DNA of 64,000 nucleotides. Source: an uncultured Ignavibacteriales bacterium (GTDB lineage: Bacteria > Bacteroidota > Ignavibacteria > Ignavibacteriales > Ignavibacteriaceae). The stretch covers positions 1,749,926 to 1,813,925 of the forward strand of contig CAWIAG010000004.1 in the NCBI GenBank assembly GCA_963834015.1. The letters run 5' to 3'. Under the pieces are notes generated by a model. That model was not told the origin of the DNA. It saw only the letters and a list, made by a program, of their open reading frames with translations, and searched no databases. The translations under genes and the position numbers were made by a program. Shown here piece after piece: positions 17,430 to 27,838 of this stretch. How positions within the stretch are numbered: the stretch's first letter is position 1; every line of letters starts with the position of its first letter.

Positions 17430-19676
17430 ATGAAATGTCAAATTTATTTCAAATTAAAAACCCTTGCATTTACCGGGCTTCTTTTACTAAATGCATGTGC
17501 AACAAAAGACATTACACAATATGTTGATCCAAATATCGGAGGTGTGGCGCCTTTATTAACAACATTGACTCCGACTGTTCACCGGCCCCATAGTATGGTA
17601 AGGGTATTTCCGGTTACCAAGCCGGGCCTTGATGACCGGTACCTGAGTGATAAAATATACGGTTTTGCATTGAATATGCCCGCGTACCGCAGGGGATATG
17701 TAACAGAGCTTATGCCCACAAGCGGTAAGCTATTATTTAACAAAGATGATTATGCTTCAGTTTACGACCACGACATGGAAGAACTGTATCCATGGTACCA
17801 TAAAGTTTTGCTTGAAGATTATAATATTACTGCTGACTGGACAACCACCGAACGGGCAATACTTTACAGATTTAAATTTAAAGGTAAAGATTCGAATAAT
17901 ATTTTATTCCGTTCAAACAGTGAATCTTATTTTAGAATAGACGGCAATAATGTAATTCAGGGATGGGAAAAATTTGAAAATACAAAACAATTTTTCTACG
18001 CCGAATTCAGCCGGCCGTTTGATAAATCCGGCTCATTTGAACCGGGAAAAATATCAGATAATGAAACCGAAATATCAGGAAGTAAAACAGGAGTATTTGT
18101 TGTTTTTAATAAAGTAGAAAACCCGGTTGAGGTAAGGAATGGAGTTTCGTTTATTGATGAGAGCCAGGCTGCAGATAATCTTCACAGAGAAACAAACGGA
18201 AAGGGTTTTGAATCCGTTAAAGATGAAAGTTATTCCATCTGGAAAAATGAGCTAGGCAAAATACAGGTAGAAGGCGGGACAGAACGGCAAAAGCGGATTT
18301 TTTATACATCGCTTTATAGAAGTATGGAGCGTATGGTGAACATTTCGGAATACGGAAGATATTATAGCGCGTATGATAAAAAAATTCATAATGATAACGG
18401 GCGGCCTTTTTATGTAGACGACTGGCTTTGGGATACATTCAGAAGCCTGCATCCTCTGATGTTAATATTAGATCCTTCTCAGCAGGCAGATATGGTTGAA
18501 TCTTATGTCCGTATGTATGAACAAAGTAATTGGATGCCGGGTTTTCCACAGTTTTTTGGGAATTATCCGGCTATGATTGGATTTCATTCTGCGGAATTAA
18601 TCTGGGATACATTTCAAAAAGGAGTTAGGAATTTTGATTTGGATAAAGCCTATGAAGGTTTAAGAAAAAACGCAACACAAGCCACAATGCTACCGTGGAG
18701 GACAGGGCCAATGTGTTCACTTGATACATTTTATGTACAGCATGGATGGTATCCTGCCAAACCGGAAAACAGCAAAGATCCTGAACCAAGGGTTGACGGG
18801 TTTGAGAAACGGCAGGCCGTTTCAGTAACGCTTGAGCATAGTTATGATGACTGGTGCCTGGCGCAATTTGCCAAAGCGCTTAATAAGGATACCGATTATA
18901 CTTATTTCATGAACCGCTCACAAAACTATCGAAATGTTTTCAATCATGCTACCGGTTTTTTTGCTCCCAAAACGACGGATGGCAACTGGATTGAACCATT
19001 TGATCCTCAATTGTCAGGCGGTATAGGGAGCCGTGCGTACTTTACCGAAAATAATGCATGGACATGGAATTTCAGCGTTCAACATGACATCCCCGGATTG
19101 ATTGAACTTATAGGCGGTAAAGAAGCATTCGTAAAACGTGTTGATGCGATATTTAACGAACCAACAAGTATTGCAAAATGGAGACTTATGGCTCAATTCC
19201 CGGATGGGACAGGATTAAATGGAATGTTTGTCGCGGGTAATGAGCCATCATTCATCATTCCGTATCTTTATAACTATGCCGGTCAGCCATGGAAAACTCA
19301 GAGGCGACTCCGTGAGATAATGAACTTGTGGTTTGATGACCGTCCGCCCGGTATTCCCGGTGATGAAGATGGCGGAGCGTTATGCTCATGGTATGTTTTT
19401 TCAGCTATGGGCTTCTTCCCGGTAACACCGGGCAGCGGCGAGTATGCAATTGGAAGCCCGTTTTTTAATAAAATTCAAATTCAATTACCTGACGGCAACA
19501 CGTTTACTATTGCAGCAGAAAATTGTTCCCAAAAGAATAAATATATCCAATCGGAAGAGTTAAACGGAAAAGAACTAATGTACGCCTTTATAAGTCACGT
19601 TGATATTATTAGCGGCGGTACCCTTAAACTAATCATGGGTGACCGTCCAAATAAAGAATGGGGAATTAATCCCTGA
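17430..19676 (+). CDS. Glycoside hydrolase family 92 (alpha-mannosidase), lipoprotein-like signal
   Basis: LLLNAC lipobox-like signal. GNEPSFIIPYLYNYAGQPWKTQ and GDEDGGALCSWYVFSAMGFFPV are GH92 hallmarks. Confidence 0.9.
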   Translation: MKCQIYFKLKTLAFTGLLLLNACATKDITQYVDPNIGGVAPLLTTLTPTVHRPHSMVRVFPVTKPGLDDRYLSDKIYGFALNMPAYRRGYVTELMPTSGKLLFNKDDYASVYDHDMEELYPWYHKVLLEDYNITADWTTTERAILYRFKFKGKDSNNILFRSNSESYFRIDGNNVIQGWEKFENTKQFFYAEFSRPFDKSGSFEPGKISDNETEISGSKTGVFVVFNKVENPVEVRNGVSFIDESQAADNLHRETNGKGFESVKDESYSIWKNELGKIQVEGGTERQKRIFYTSLYRSMERMVNISEYGRYYSAYDKKIHNDNGRPFYVDDWLWDTFRSLHPLMLILDPSQQADMVESYVRMYEQSNWMPGFPQFFGNYPAMIGFHSAELIWDTFQKGVRNFDLDKAYEGLRKNATQATMLPWRTGPMCSLDTFYVQHGWYPAKPENSKDPEPRVDGFEKRQAVSVTLEHSYDDWCLAQFAKALNKDTDYTYFMNRSQNYRNVFNHATGFFAPKTTDGNWIEPFDPQLSGGIGSRAYFTENNAWTWNFSVQHDIPGLIELIGGKEAFVKRVDAIFNEPTSIAKWRLMAQFPDGTGLNGMFVAGNEPSFIIPYLYNYAGQPWKTQRRLREIMNLWFDDRPPGIPGDEDGGALCSWYVFSAMGFFPVTPGSGEYAIGSPFFNKIQIQLPDGNTFTIAAENCSQKNKYIQSEELNGKELMYAFISHVDIISGGTLKLIMGDRPNKEWGINP

Positions 19677-19715
19677 TGGCTGATTACCCCGGTTTGAAAA
19701 AATAAAGGTAAAAAA

Positions 19716-20957
19716 ATGAAAATATATGTTGAATTTAACAAAATGGTATTAAGTATGATCCTGGTATTTTCTGTTTTGGCCGGAGCACAGAATAATATAC
19801 TTAATAAATCTATCTGCGATTTCGGAGTGCTGCCTCAGAACAGCGGAGCAGAAAATAAAAAACATCTCCAGGAAGCTATTGATTGGGCATCGCCCAGAGG
19901 TGCGGCACTTTATGTAGAGCCATCGGAGGAACCGTATTGTGTAGACGGCGGTATTGTTTTAAAACAAAATGTCTCTTTAATCGGTGTGCACGGCCCGGTT
20001 GGAAGGTCAACCTGTGATATCGAAAAAAAGCACCCGGTTGGAAGTGTTTTCCAAATTGAGGATGAAAATGATCCGTTTATTATAGTAGAAGGCTCAACTC
20101 AAATACGCGGGATCCAGTTCTGGTATCCGAAACAAACATTTAATGATTCATCAAAGATTATTAAATATCAACCGACTATTCAGGTGTCTCATAAAAATTC
20201 CGTGAAGGGAGTAACGCTTTCCTGTCTTACTTTCTATGGAGAGTATATTGCCATGGATTTTAATGCAAGTAAACAATTTGCATGCGAACAGATTTTATTT
20301 GAACATTGCTACGGTTATCCTTTAAGCGGAGAGTTTATAAAAATTTGTTATTGTTATGATATTCCCCGTATTTTACACTGCCATATTAATCCGGCAAACA
20401 TGGCGTATTTAAACAGGAGTTTTCACAAAGAGGTTATTGATGCTGTAGTGGCCAAAGGGACTTATTCATACACAATTAATACAACCGATAACGCAGTTGT
20501 TATGGATATTTTTTCATTCGGAACTTATGGAGGCATATATCTGGGTGAAGAGACTTACGGACAATTAACCAACTTTAATTTTGATTGTGTAGTTATCGGG
20601 ATCCATAAACTGGGAAATAATTCAAAAAACCGTAATTGGATGATTGCACAGGGATCAATTATTTCAAATACCGGCGATAATCAAGAAAATGTTCATCCCA
20701 TTGTGATTGAAGGCGTAGGGCATACATCACTTTCTAATGTGGAAGCTTTCTCAGGTAACAATTCTGCATTAACCACATTTAGTAATTCACAGGACTATAT
20801 CCTTGTGAAAGGGAATGAAAAACTTACTATTTCTATGTCGGGTTGCAGGATGTCTAACTATTTAGCCGACAAACCTATAACAATTGAAAATCCGAAGGCT
20901 GTAATTCAGGCTTCTGATTGTTTTGATAAAAATGGAAATCCGTTTAATATGCATTAA
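19716..20957 (+). CDS. Secreted right-handed beta-helix protein (Pectate_lyase_3 / GH55- or GH28-related fold), function unknown
   Basis: Signal peptide. ICDFGVLPQNSGAENKKHLQEAIDWAS...LYVEP resembles the v.dfGA.gDG..D.taiQ.Ai start of Pectate_lyase_3 domains. Confidence 0.5.
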   Translation: MKIYVEFNKMVLSMILVFSVLAGAQNNILNKSICDFGVLPQNSGAENKKHLQEAIDWASPRGAALYVEPSEEPYCVDGGIVLKQNVSLIGVHGPVGRSTCDIEKKHPVGSVFQIEDENDPFIIVEGSTQIRGIQFWYPKQTFNDSSKIIKYQPTIQVSHKNSVKGVTLSCLTFYGEYIAMDFNASKQFACEQILFEHCYGYPLSGEFIKICYCYDIPRILHCHINPANMAYLNRSFHKEVIDAVVAKGTYSYTINTTDNAVVMDIFSFGTYGGIYLGEETYGQLTNFNFDCVVIGIHKLGNNSKNRNWMIAQGSIISNTGDNQENVHPIVIEGVGHTSLSNVEAFSGNNSALTTFSNSQDYILVKGNEKLTISMSGCRMSNYLADKPITIENPKAVIQASDCFDKNGNPFNMH

Positions 20958-21022
20958 AATATTAAAAATTGAATTATTTAGAAAATAAAATTATTTACGG
21001 TAATATGCCATTTTAATGAATT

Positions 21023-21063
21023 GTTTAAGTTCCCATGTATTGTACTTAAACACCTGTTTTTTT
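21023..21063 (+). terminator. Rho-independent terminator after the beta-helix gene
   Basis: The stem pairs gtttaagt (21023-21030) with acttaaac (21044-21051). A T7 run follows at 21057-21063. Confidence 0.6.
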
Positions 21064-21306
21064 AGATGTGTACCAGCAAACCATTAAATGAAAATTTATT
21101 TTTCATTATGAAAAATCTAAAATATTAAATATGCTCAAGTAATTATAACTTTTGTAATTGTTTTAATTTTTTGTGATTTTTATAAAATAACGACCAGAAA
21201 TAATATTAAATACCGGGATTAACTCCGTGCGGGTAATAATTCCGGCAAAACAAACAGATAAGATTTATTTATAAACTTAATTAAAGTAAGCAGTTCGGAG
21301 GAATGA

Positions 21307-22563
21307 ATGAAGAGAAACTATTATATAGTGGTCTTAATTTTTCTTGTATTTTTTGTCATTTCTCTGATAACGAACATTTTGGGTTCGCTTAACCCGGACA
21401 TGATTACAAGCTTCCACCTGAGCCTTACACTTTCAGCATTCCTGCCTTTTGCATTTTTTATTGCATACGGAGTAATGTCCATCCCGGCAGGAATTCTTGT
21501 TGAAAAATATAAAGAAAAAAAAATAATGTTTGCTGCTTTTTTCATAGCATTCATCGGGGCTTTGATGTTTTCTTTATTGCCGTATTACCTAGTATTTTTA
21601 CCATCGCTTTTTTTAATGGGAGCCGGTATGGCAATGCTTCAGGTTGCGATCAATCCGTTATTAAGAGTTTCCGGAGGAGAAGAACATTTTGCGTTTAATT
21701 CAGTATTAGCTCAACTGATGTTTGGGGGAGCGTCATTTCTTGCACCTATGCTTTTAACATATTTAGTTTCAAATCTAAATAGTACCAAGTCAAATAATGC
21801 AGTTAAGAAAATTTTTTCGGGCATAGTGCCTGCAGGTATAACCTGGGTATCGTTGTACTGGGTATTTTCAATCGTGCTGCTTTTAATGGTTATCATCGTG
21901 TTTGTATCGAAATTCCCCGAGGTTGATAGAAATGAGGATGAAAAATCAGGCAACTGGTCCACGCATGCAAACTTATTTAAAAATAAAACGGTAGTTTTAT
22001 ATTTCATAGGTATTTTTACTTATGTTGGAACCGAACAGGGAGTTTCATACTGGATATCAAAATTTCTTTTTACCTATCATAATTACGATCCTATCAGTAC
22101 CGGAGCATCTATTGTCGGACGGTTTTGGGGCATGATGTCGATTGGTTGTTTACTCGGGTTAGGATTATTGAAATTATTTGACAGCAGAAAGATATTGAGA
22201 GTAGCCGTAATTTTTGCAGCAATATTATTAGCGGCTGCATTATACGGCCCGGGTAACATTGCGCTGATTGCTTTCCCAATGGTCGGGTTCTCTTTGTCAG
22301 TAATGTGGTCGATAGTATTTTCGTTAGCACTTAACTCGGTTGACAGCCACCACGGATCTTTTGCAGGAATTTTATGTACTGCAATTATCGGTGGCGCTGT
22401 GGTACAGATATTAATCGGATGGCTGGGCGATACATTCGGTTTAAGAGCAGGAATGTCTTTTGTTTTTGTTACGCTTGCATACATATTCAGCATAGGGATC
22501 TGGGCAAAACCTTTAATTGCAAATGAAACAATAAAAACAAAGAAACCGGTATCGGGAAAATAG
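21307..22563 (+). CDS. MFS sugar:H+ symporter, FucP / glucose-galactose transporter-like
   Basis: 12-TM profile. The N-terminal region LGSLNPDMITSFHLSLTLSAFLPFAFFIAYGVMSIPAG resembles the FucP family. It sits upstream of sugar kinases and an isomerase. Confidence 0.7.
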   Translation: MKRNYYIVVLIFLVFFVISLITNILGSLNPDMITSFHLSLTLSAFLPFAFFIAYGVMSIPAGILVEKYKEKKIMFAAFFIAFIGALMFSLLPYYLVFLPSLFLMGAGMAMLQVAINPLLRVSGGEEHFAFNSVLAQLMFGGASFLAPMLLTYLVSNLNSTKSNNAVKKIFSGIVPAGITWVSLYWVFSIVLLLMVIIVFVSKFPEVDRNEDEKSGNWSTHANLFKNKTVVLYFIGIFTYVGTEQGVSYWISKFLFTYHNYDPISTGASIVGRFWGMMSIGCLLGLGLLKLFDSRKILRVAVIFAAILLAAALYGPGNIALIAFPMVGFSLSVMWSIVFSLALNSVDSHHGSFAGILCTAIIGGAVVQILIGWLGDTFGLRAGMSFVFVTLAYIFSIGIWAKPLIANETIKTKKPVSGK

Positions 22564-22788
22564 ATTGATTTCACAAATAGTTTAAGATAATGAAAATATG
22601 CCGTTGATAAATTTAAAAGATACTTTCGCAGATACAGATTTAGGCGACTATGAAGCGGGGATATTAAAAGCAGTTGATACGTTGTGCATCAGATCAATTT
22701 TAAGAGTTAAGAAGAAAGTATAAAAGAAGCCCTATGGAAAAAATTCATTTGTTCAATGGCAATTTTAAAAGTATAAATGAGGTTAACC

Positions 22789-23742
22789 ATGCATGAAGTA
22801 ACATGTCTCGGGATAATCGTAGCTGATGTAATTGCAAGAACAGTAAACGCACTGCCGCAGGAAGGTAAACTTGATCTTATAGACCAGCTTGAACTGCATC
22901 TTGGAGGATGTGCGTCAAATGCGGCAGTTGATCTTGAAAAGATTGGAATAAAAACAGCAGTAATCGGAAGGGTTGGGGAGGATGGATTTGGTTCCTTTGC
23001 AATAAATGAAATGAAGCTTAACAATGTTAATGTTGAAGGTATAACAGTAAGTAATATAAGTAAAACTTCTGCTTCGGTTGTTTCGGTTCATTCAAACGGA
23101 GAGCGATCTTTCCTGCATCATATAGGGGCAAATGCAGATTTTGTAACTGATGATATTAACTATCCAATTATATTTAAATCAAAAATATTATTTATTGCCG
23201 GTGCATTGCTAATGCCGCGCTTTGACGGCATCCCTTCATCAGAAGTATTAAAAGCTGCACAGGAAGCAAAAATAATAACAGTAATGGACACTGCCTGGGA
23301 TTCAACAGGTAAATGGATGCAGAAAATTAAGCCATGTTTACCGTATCTGGATTATTTCATGCCGAGCCTTGAAGAAGCTGAAATGATATCGGGTAAAAGC
23401 AAGCCTGAAGATATTGCCGATGTATTCCTGGAGGCAGGAGTAAAAACAGCTGTAATAAAACTCGGTTCCAAGGGCTGTTATATTAAGAATAAATCAAATG
23501 AACAATATAATATTGGAGCATTCTTGGGAATTAAAACAGTTGATACAACGGGAGCCGGAGATTCATTTGCCGCCGGATTTATAACGGGAATACTCCGCGG
23601 ATGGGATATTCCGGCGTGCGGTGAATTCGCCAATGCTGTGGGGGCACATTGTGTTATGAAAGTAGGAGCTACATCAGGGATAAAAAAATTTGATGAGATA
23701 ATGGATTTTATAAATTCAAATAAAAAAAGAAATGTAAAATGA
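22789..23742 (+). CDS. PfkB-family carbohydrate kinase
   Basis: VTCLGIIVADV, LHLGGCASNAAVDL and DTTGAGDSFAAGF. I chose ATG 22789 because an SD-like tgaggt precedes it. The track start is 22777. Confidence 0.85.
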   Translation: MHEVTCLGIIVADVIARTVNALPQEGKLDLIDQLELHLGGCASNAAVDLEKIGIKTAVIGRVGEDGFGSFAINEMKLNNVNVEGITVSNISKTSASVVSVHSNGERSFLHHIGANADFVTDDINYPIIFKSKILFIAGALLMPRFDGIPSSEVLKAAQEAKIITVMDTAWDSTGKWMQKIKPCLPYLDYFMPSLEEAEMISGKSKPEDIADVFLEAGVKTAVIKLGSKGCYIKNKSNEQYNIGAFLGIKTVDTTGAGDSFAAGFITGILRGWDIPACGEFANAVGAHCVMKVGATSGIKKFDEIMDFINSNKKRNVK

Positions 23743-24284
23743 CAAATAAAACCGAACTTGAATATGCAAGAAGCAGGGCTTTGAATTACTTCCTAAAGGC
23801 TAAAATAACTCTTTCTGAGAAAGAAAAAGAAAACATTGAAGTAGCCGATTTTGGACTAAACAGGTTAAATGAAATAGGCCTTCAAATTCTTGTCTATGTA
23901 AATACAGAAAGGTGCTGTGCCAAAGAGCTTGTCCTTTTCCCTTATCAAATATGCCCTGAGCACCGTCATCCGGATATCAATGGAATCCAGGGAAAAGAGG
24001 AAACATTCAGATGCCGGTTCGGGAAAGTGTACTTATATATTGACGATGAGCCTTCAGAAAACATTTCTGCTGTTATTCCAAAAGATAAACAGAATAGTTT
24101 TACCGTAAAACACGAAATAATTCTTAATCCCGGCGATCAATATACACTTAAACCCGGAATCCTTCACTGGTTTCAGGCTGGCTCAAAAGGTGCAGTAGTA
24201 TCGGAATTTTCGACCAGGAGCAGCGATGAATCTGATTACTTTACCGACCCTGAAATAAAAAGAATACCTGAAATTGAATATTAA
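23739..24284 (+). CDS. D-lyxose/D-mannose ketol-isomerase family cupin
   Basis: ELVLFPYQICPEHRHPDINGIQGKEETFRCRFGKVYLY matches the Lyx_isomer cupin metal-binding region. Its ATGA start overlaps the PfkB stop. Confidence 0.75.
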   Translation: MTNKTELEYARSRALNYFLKAKITLSEKEKENIEVADFGLNRLNEIGLQILVYVNTERCCAKELVLFPYQICPEHRHPDINGIQGKEETFRCRFGKVYLYIDDEPSENISAVIPKDKQNSFTVKHEIILNPGDQYTLKPGILHWFQAGSKGAVVSEFSTRSSDESDYFTDPEIKRIPEIEY

Positions 24285-24347
24285 AAATACATAAAAACCC
24301 GAAAAGCGATTTTAAATAGCCTGATTTTAAAATAATACGGATATAAA

Positions 24348-25208
24348 ATGGGAATACTTGGTATTGATATTGGTGGCACGAATATTCGTACCGGATTGGT
24401 AGAAGACAATAAATTAGTTAAGGTTGAATCCATTGAGGTACCCAAAAGCGGTACTAAAGATGAAATAATTAATAACATAGTTACAATGATCCAAAAGTTC
24501 AGCACTAAAAAGATAAATGGAATAGGCATAGGTGTACCAAGCGTGGTTGACATTGAAAAAGGTATTGTATATGATGTTCAGAACATTCCTTCATGGAAAG
24601 AAGTTCATCTTAAGAAAATATTAGAAAAAGAGTTTAAGGTTCCCGTCTATATTAACAATGATGCCAACTGCTTTGCGGCGGGTGAGAAATATTTCGGCAG
24701 CGTGAAAAAGTATAAGAATATTATCGGCTTAATAATTGGTACGGGGCTTGGTGCGGGTATTATAGTTAACAATCAATTATACTCGGGAAATAATTGCGGA
24801 GCCGGCGAATTCGGGATGATACCCTTTAAAAATAATAATTATGAATATTACTGCTGCGGCCAGTATTTTAATAATGAATTTGGTAAATCGGGTGAAGAGA
24901 TTTTAGCAAGTGCTGAAAAAGGTAATCGCCTTGCTTTAAAAATATTCGACGAATATGGTTCTAATTTAGGCGAAGCCATTAAAATGATTATGTATGCCTT
25001 AGATCCCGAAGTAATTATTCTTGGGGGATCAGTTAGTAAATCATATAAATTTTTCGAAAAAGTAATGTGGAAATCGATAAAAAGATTCGCATATGCAAAA
25101 TCCGCTGCCAAAATAAAAATTGAAGTTTCTAAAGTGAAACATATTGCCATTCTGGGAGCTGCCGCAATATACCTGGATGTGCAGGAAAAGAACTCAATAA
25201 TAAATTGA
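24348..25208 (+). CDS. ROK-family sugar kinase
   Basis: LGIDIGGTNIR at the N-terminus, NDANCFAAGE and GTGLGAGII. Confidence 0.85.
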   Translation: MGILGIDIGGTNIRTGLVEDNKLVKVESIEVPKSGTKDEIINNIVTMIQKFSTKKINGIGIGVPSVVDIEKGIVYDVQNIPSWKEVHLKKILEKEFKVPVYINNDANCFAAGEKYFGSVKKYKNIIGLIIGTGLGAGIIVNNQLYSGNNCGAGEFGMIPFKNNNYEYYCCGQYFNNEFGKSGEEILASAEKGNRLALKIFDEYGSNLGEAIKMIMYALDPEVIILGGSVSKSYKFFEKVMWKSIKRFAYAKSAAKIKIEVSKVKHIAILGAAAIYLDVQEKNSIIN

Positions 25209-25410
25209 ATAATAAAAATTATGATTCTTATACATTGCCGCATTGATAATTAATTCAGGGCGGCAAGCTAAATATTGAATTATCAGAGAACGCAAAAGAG
25301 TAGATTTTAGGGAAGTGTAACGTGAAGTTAACAAAATTACCGTTTTTTATAAATTTTAATATGAATTAGGTAAATTTAGTTAATGTATAAATTTTAATAA
25401 CAGGTTAAGC

Positions 25411-25935
25411 ATGAAAAAACATTTGTAATTTTAGTTTTGCTAATATTTACATACACTGCGTGGGCACAGCCAATACGCCGGGCGGAATATCCGCGTCCTC
25501 AATTTGAGCGGAGTACGTGGATAAATCTTAACGGTACCTGGACTTATTCGTTTTATTTTGGTAATTCCGGCAAAAACAGGAATTTACAGGATAGTAAAGG
25601 TTTTGATGATAAAATTATTGTTCCTTTCTACCCGGAAAGTAAATTGCCCGGTGTTGAGCACAAAGACTTTATAAATAATATGTGGTACCAGCGTAAGATT
25701 TCAATTCCTGCCGGCTGGAGCAATAAAAATATCTTATTGAATTTCGGAGCAGTTTACTATCTGACCGAAGTTTATATCGACGGCAAATTTATAGGCCGGC
25801 ACTTCGGAGGGACGTCTTCATCAAAAAGTATTTGAAAAACGTTTTCACTACTGGGCAGATAAACTTGGTTACCTGACCTGGAGCGAGTTCTCAAGTTGGG
25901 GATCAGATTATAATAATGTAGAATATTATGAATAG
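25411..25935 (+). pseudogene. Decayed glycoside hydrolase family 2 gene: start frameshift, internal deletion and 3' truncation
   Basis: ATG 25411 (MKKH..) hits a stop after 5 codons. The +2 frame then continues KTFVILVLLIFTYTAWAQ, a signal peptide, into a GH2 sugar-binding domain (..NILLNFGAVYYLTEVYIDGKFIGRHFGG) that stops at 25835. A shifted frame at 25828-25935 reads FEKRFHYWADKLGYLTWSEFSSWG, a GH2 TIM-barrel fragment, and then stops. Confidence 0.75.
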
Positions 25936-26279
25936 TCTGCAGCATGGTTAAAGGTTTGAAATACTCTACAATTATTTTGAATCTTTTCATCGAAGTTCAG
26001 TTTAAAAGCAATTTTAAAGCTTAATATTATAAAATTGCGTTCGATGTCCAGATAAAATAGATGAATCAAACGAAAATATTTTGTCAAAAAAAATGTGCTG
26101 ATTTTGTAGAAAAATAAATTTGCCAAACGAATCAAATTTTATTGCCGGAATACAGAAGTACCTCTGCAGCACTATGATCCAGGCAGGTAGATTTAAATCA
26201 ATAAAAAAAATGATGCTTATAAAGTAATTTAAGCTCATACTAAAGGAAGTGTGAAACATAGTTAAAAACTCTTAGTATT

Positions 26280-26317
26280 TCCTCTCTTTGTTTTTAACTA
26301 TCGAGAGGATTTTTTTT
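26280..26317 (+). terminator. Orphan terminator-like hairpin plus T8 in a gene-free AT-rich gap
   Basis: The stem pairs tcctctc (26280-26286) with gagagga (26303-26309). tttttttt follows at 26310-26317. There is no credible ORF upstream. Confidence 0.45.
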
Positions 26318-26443
26318 AAGACCGGGTGTTGAAGCAATCTTATTTATAGCATACATTATTAGAGAGAATTTTAAATTTTAAATACTATATCTCTATTTAT
26401 TAAACAATTATTAAATAATGAAAAAACAGATATAAAAATTATA

Positions 26444-27838
26444 TTGGGAAAAATGATGAGAAATCTAAACGCCATATTATGTGTAATTCTAATTTGCATA
26501 AGCTTACACGCCGGCGACAAGGGATGGACAAATTTATTTAATGGCAAAAATCTTGACGGTTGGAAAGTATTAAACGGTACTGCAGAATTTAAGGCTGAAA
26601 ACGGCTGTATTATTGGGATATATAAACCCAATACACAAAATACTTTTTTGGCAACGACGAAGAATTATGAAAATTTTATTCTTGAATTAGAAGTAAAAAT
26701 GGATACGTCATTAAACTCCGGAGTGCAGATCAGGAGCAGTTGCCAGGCGGATTATAGAAACGGGGTTGTTCACGGAGACCAGGTGGAAATAGACGGGTCT
26801 TCACGTGCATGGAGCGGCGGTATTTATGATGAGCAGGGCAGAGGATGGTTATATAATCTTGAGTGTAATCAAAATGCTAAAGCCGCATATAAAAACGGGA
26901 AATGGAATAAATATCATATCGAAGCTATCGGGAATAATATCCGCGTTTGGATTAACGGAATTCAGACGGCAGATCTTGTAGACGATACTGCCTTAAGCGG
27001 ATTTATTGCATTACAGATACATAGTATTGATAATAATATTAATACCGACCGCACTGTCCAATTTAAAAACTTAAGAATGAAGTCAACGAATCTTGACAAA
27101 GAGAAACGCCCCGAATCAAATAAAATTCCCCAAATAAGTTTTCTTAAGAACAAACTTACAGAAAGAGAAAAAAAAGAAGGATGGAAATTACTATGGGACG
27201 GTAAAACAACAAACGGCTGGCGCGGTGCAAAATTGGATCACTTTCCTGAAAAAGGATGGCATGTTACTGATGGAATTCTAACAGTAGAAAAAAGCGGCGG
27301 ATATGAATCAAGAAACGGCGGGGATATTGTAACCATAATGAAATACAAGAATTTTGAACTGGAAGCTGACTTTTTGTATACCAGGGGTGCCAACAGCGGG
27401 ATAAAATATTTTGTTGATACGGATTTAAATGACGGGCCGGGTTCGGCGATAGGCTGTGAATACCAGATACTTGATGATGATGTTCATCCCGATGCAAAAC
27501 TGGGTGTAAACGGCAACAGGACATTAGCTTCGCTTTACGATCTAATCCCGGCTAATGCTCTTATTTATTCCCCGCATGAAACCACACCTAAACGTGTAAA
27601 TAAGTATGGCTGGAACAGGGCTAAAATAGTGGTTGAAGGAAACCATGTTGTTCACTATTTAAATGGAATTAAATTGGTTGAATATGTTCGCGGAACACAG
27701 ATGTGGAGAGCGCTTGTTGCATACAGTAAGTACAAGAAATGGCCGAATTTTGGCGAACATGAATATGGCAATATTTTGCTTCAGGACCATGGTGATGAAG
27801 TATCGTTTAAAAACATTAAAATTCGTGAGTTGAAGTAA
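26444..27838 (+). CDS. Secreted protein with two tandem DUF1080 (3-keto-disaccharide hydrolase-like, concanavalin fold) domains
   Basis: Signal peptide. Domain 1: [15 protein letters not shown]...NSGVQIRS...VQFKNLRMK. Domain 2: [16 protein letters not shown]...GCEYQILDD...[20 protein letters not shown]. Confidence 0.8.
   Translation: MGKMMRNLNAILCVILICISLHAGDKGWTNLFNGKNLDGWKVLNGTAEFKAENGCIIGIYKPNTQNTFLATTKNYENFILELEVKMDTSLNSGVQIRSSCQADYRNGVVHGDQVEIDGSSRAWSGGIYDEQGRGWLYNLECNQNAKAAYKNGKWNKYHIEAIGNNIRVWINGIQTADLVDDTALSGFIALQIHSIDNNINTDRTVQFKNLRMKSTNLDKEKRPESNKIPQISFLKNKLTEREKKEGWKLLWDGKTTNGWRGAKLDHFPEKGWHVTDGILTVEKSGGYESRNGGDIVTIMKYKNFELEADFLYTRGANSGIKYFVDTDLNDGPGSAIGCEYQILDDDVHPDAKLGVNGNRTLASLYDLIPANALIYSPHETTPKRVNKYGWNRAKIVVEGNHVVHYLNGIKLVEYVRGTQMWRALVAYSKYKKWPNFGEHEYGNILLQDHGDEVSFKNIKIRELK

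Noticed and set aside
22083-22574. 163-aa minus-strand ORF inside the FucP-like transporter gene. Similar long antisense ORFs lie at 51530-52006, 24848-25243, 39192-39629 and 45783-46193.
   Set aside because: Each is fully nested antisense to a CDS with clear family motifs. They have no recognisable domains and atypical composition.
22598-22723. 41-aa ORF (MPLINLKDTFADTDLGDYEAGILKAVDTLCIRSILRVKKKV) between the permease and the PfkB kinase.
   Set aside because: No RBS, no recognisable family, and too short to support without conservation data.
25926-26631. Several 69-86-aa minus-strand ORFs in the AT-rich gap (25926-26135, 26014-26259, 26371-26631).
   Set aside because: They are hydrophobic low-complexity products of AT-rich DNA with no RBS. 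The last overlaps the start of the DUF1080 gene antisense.
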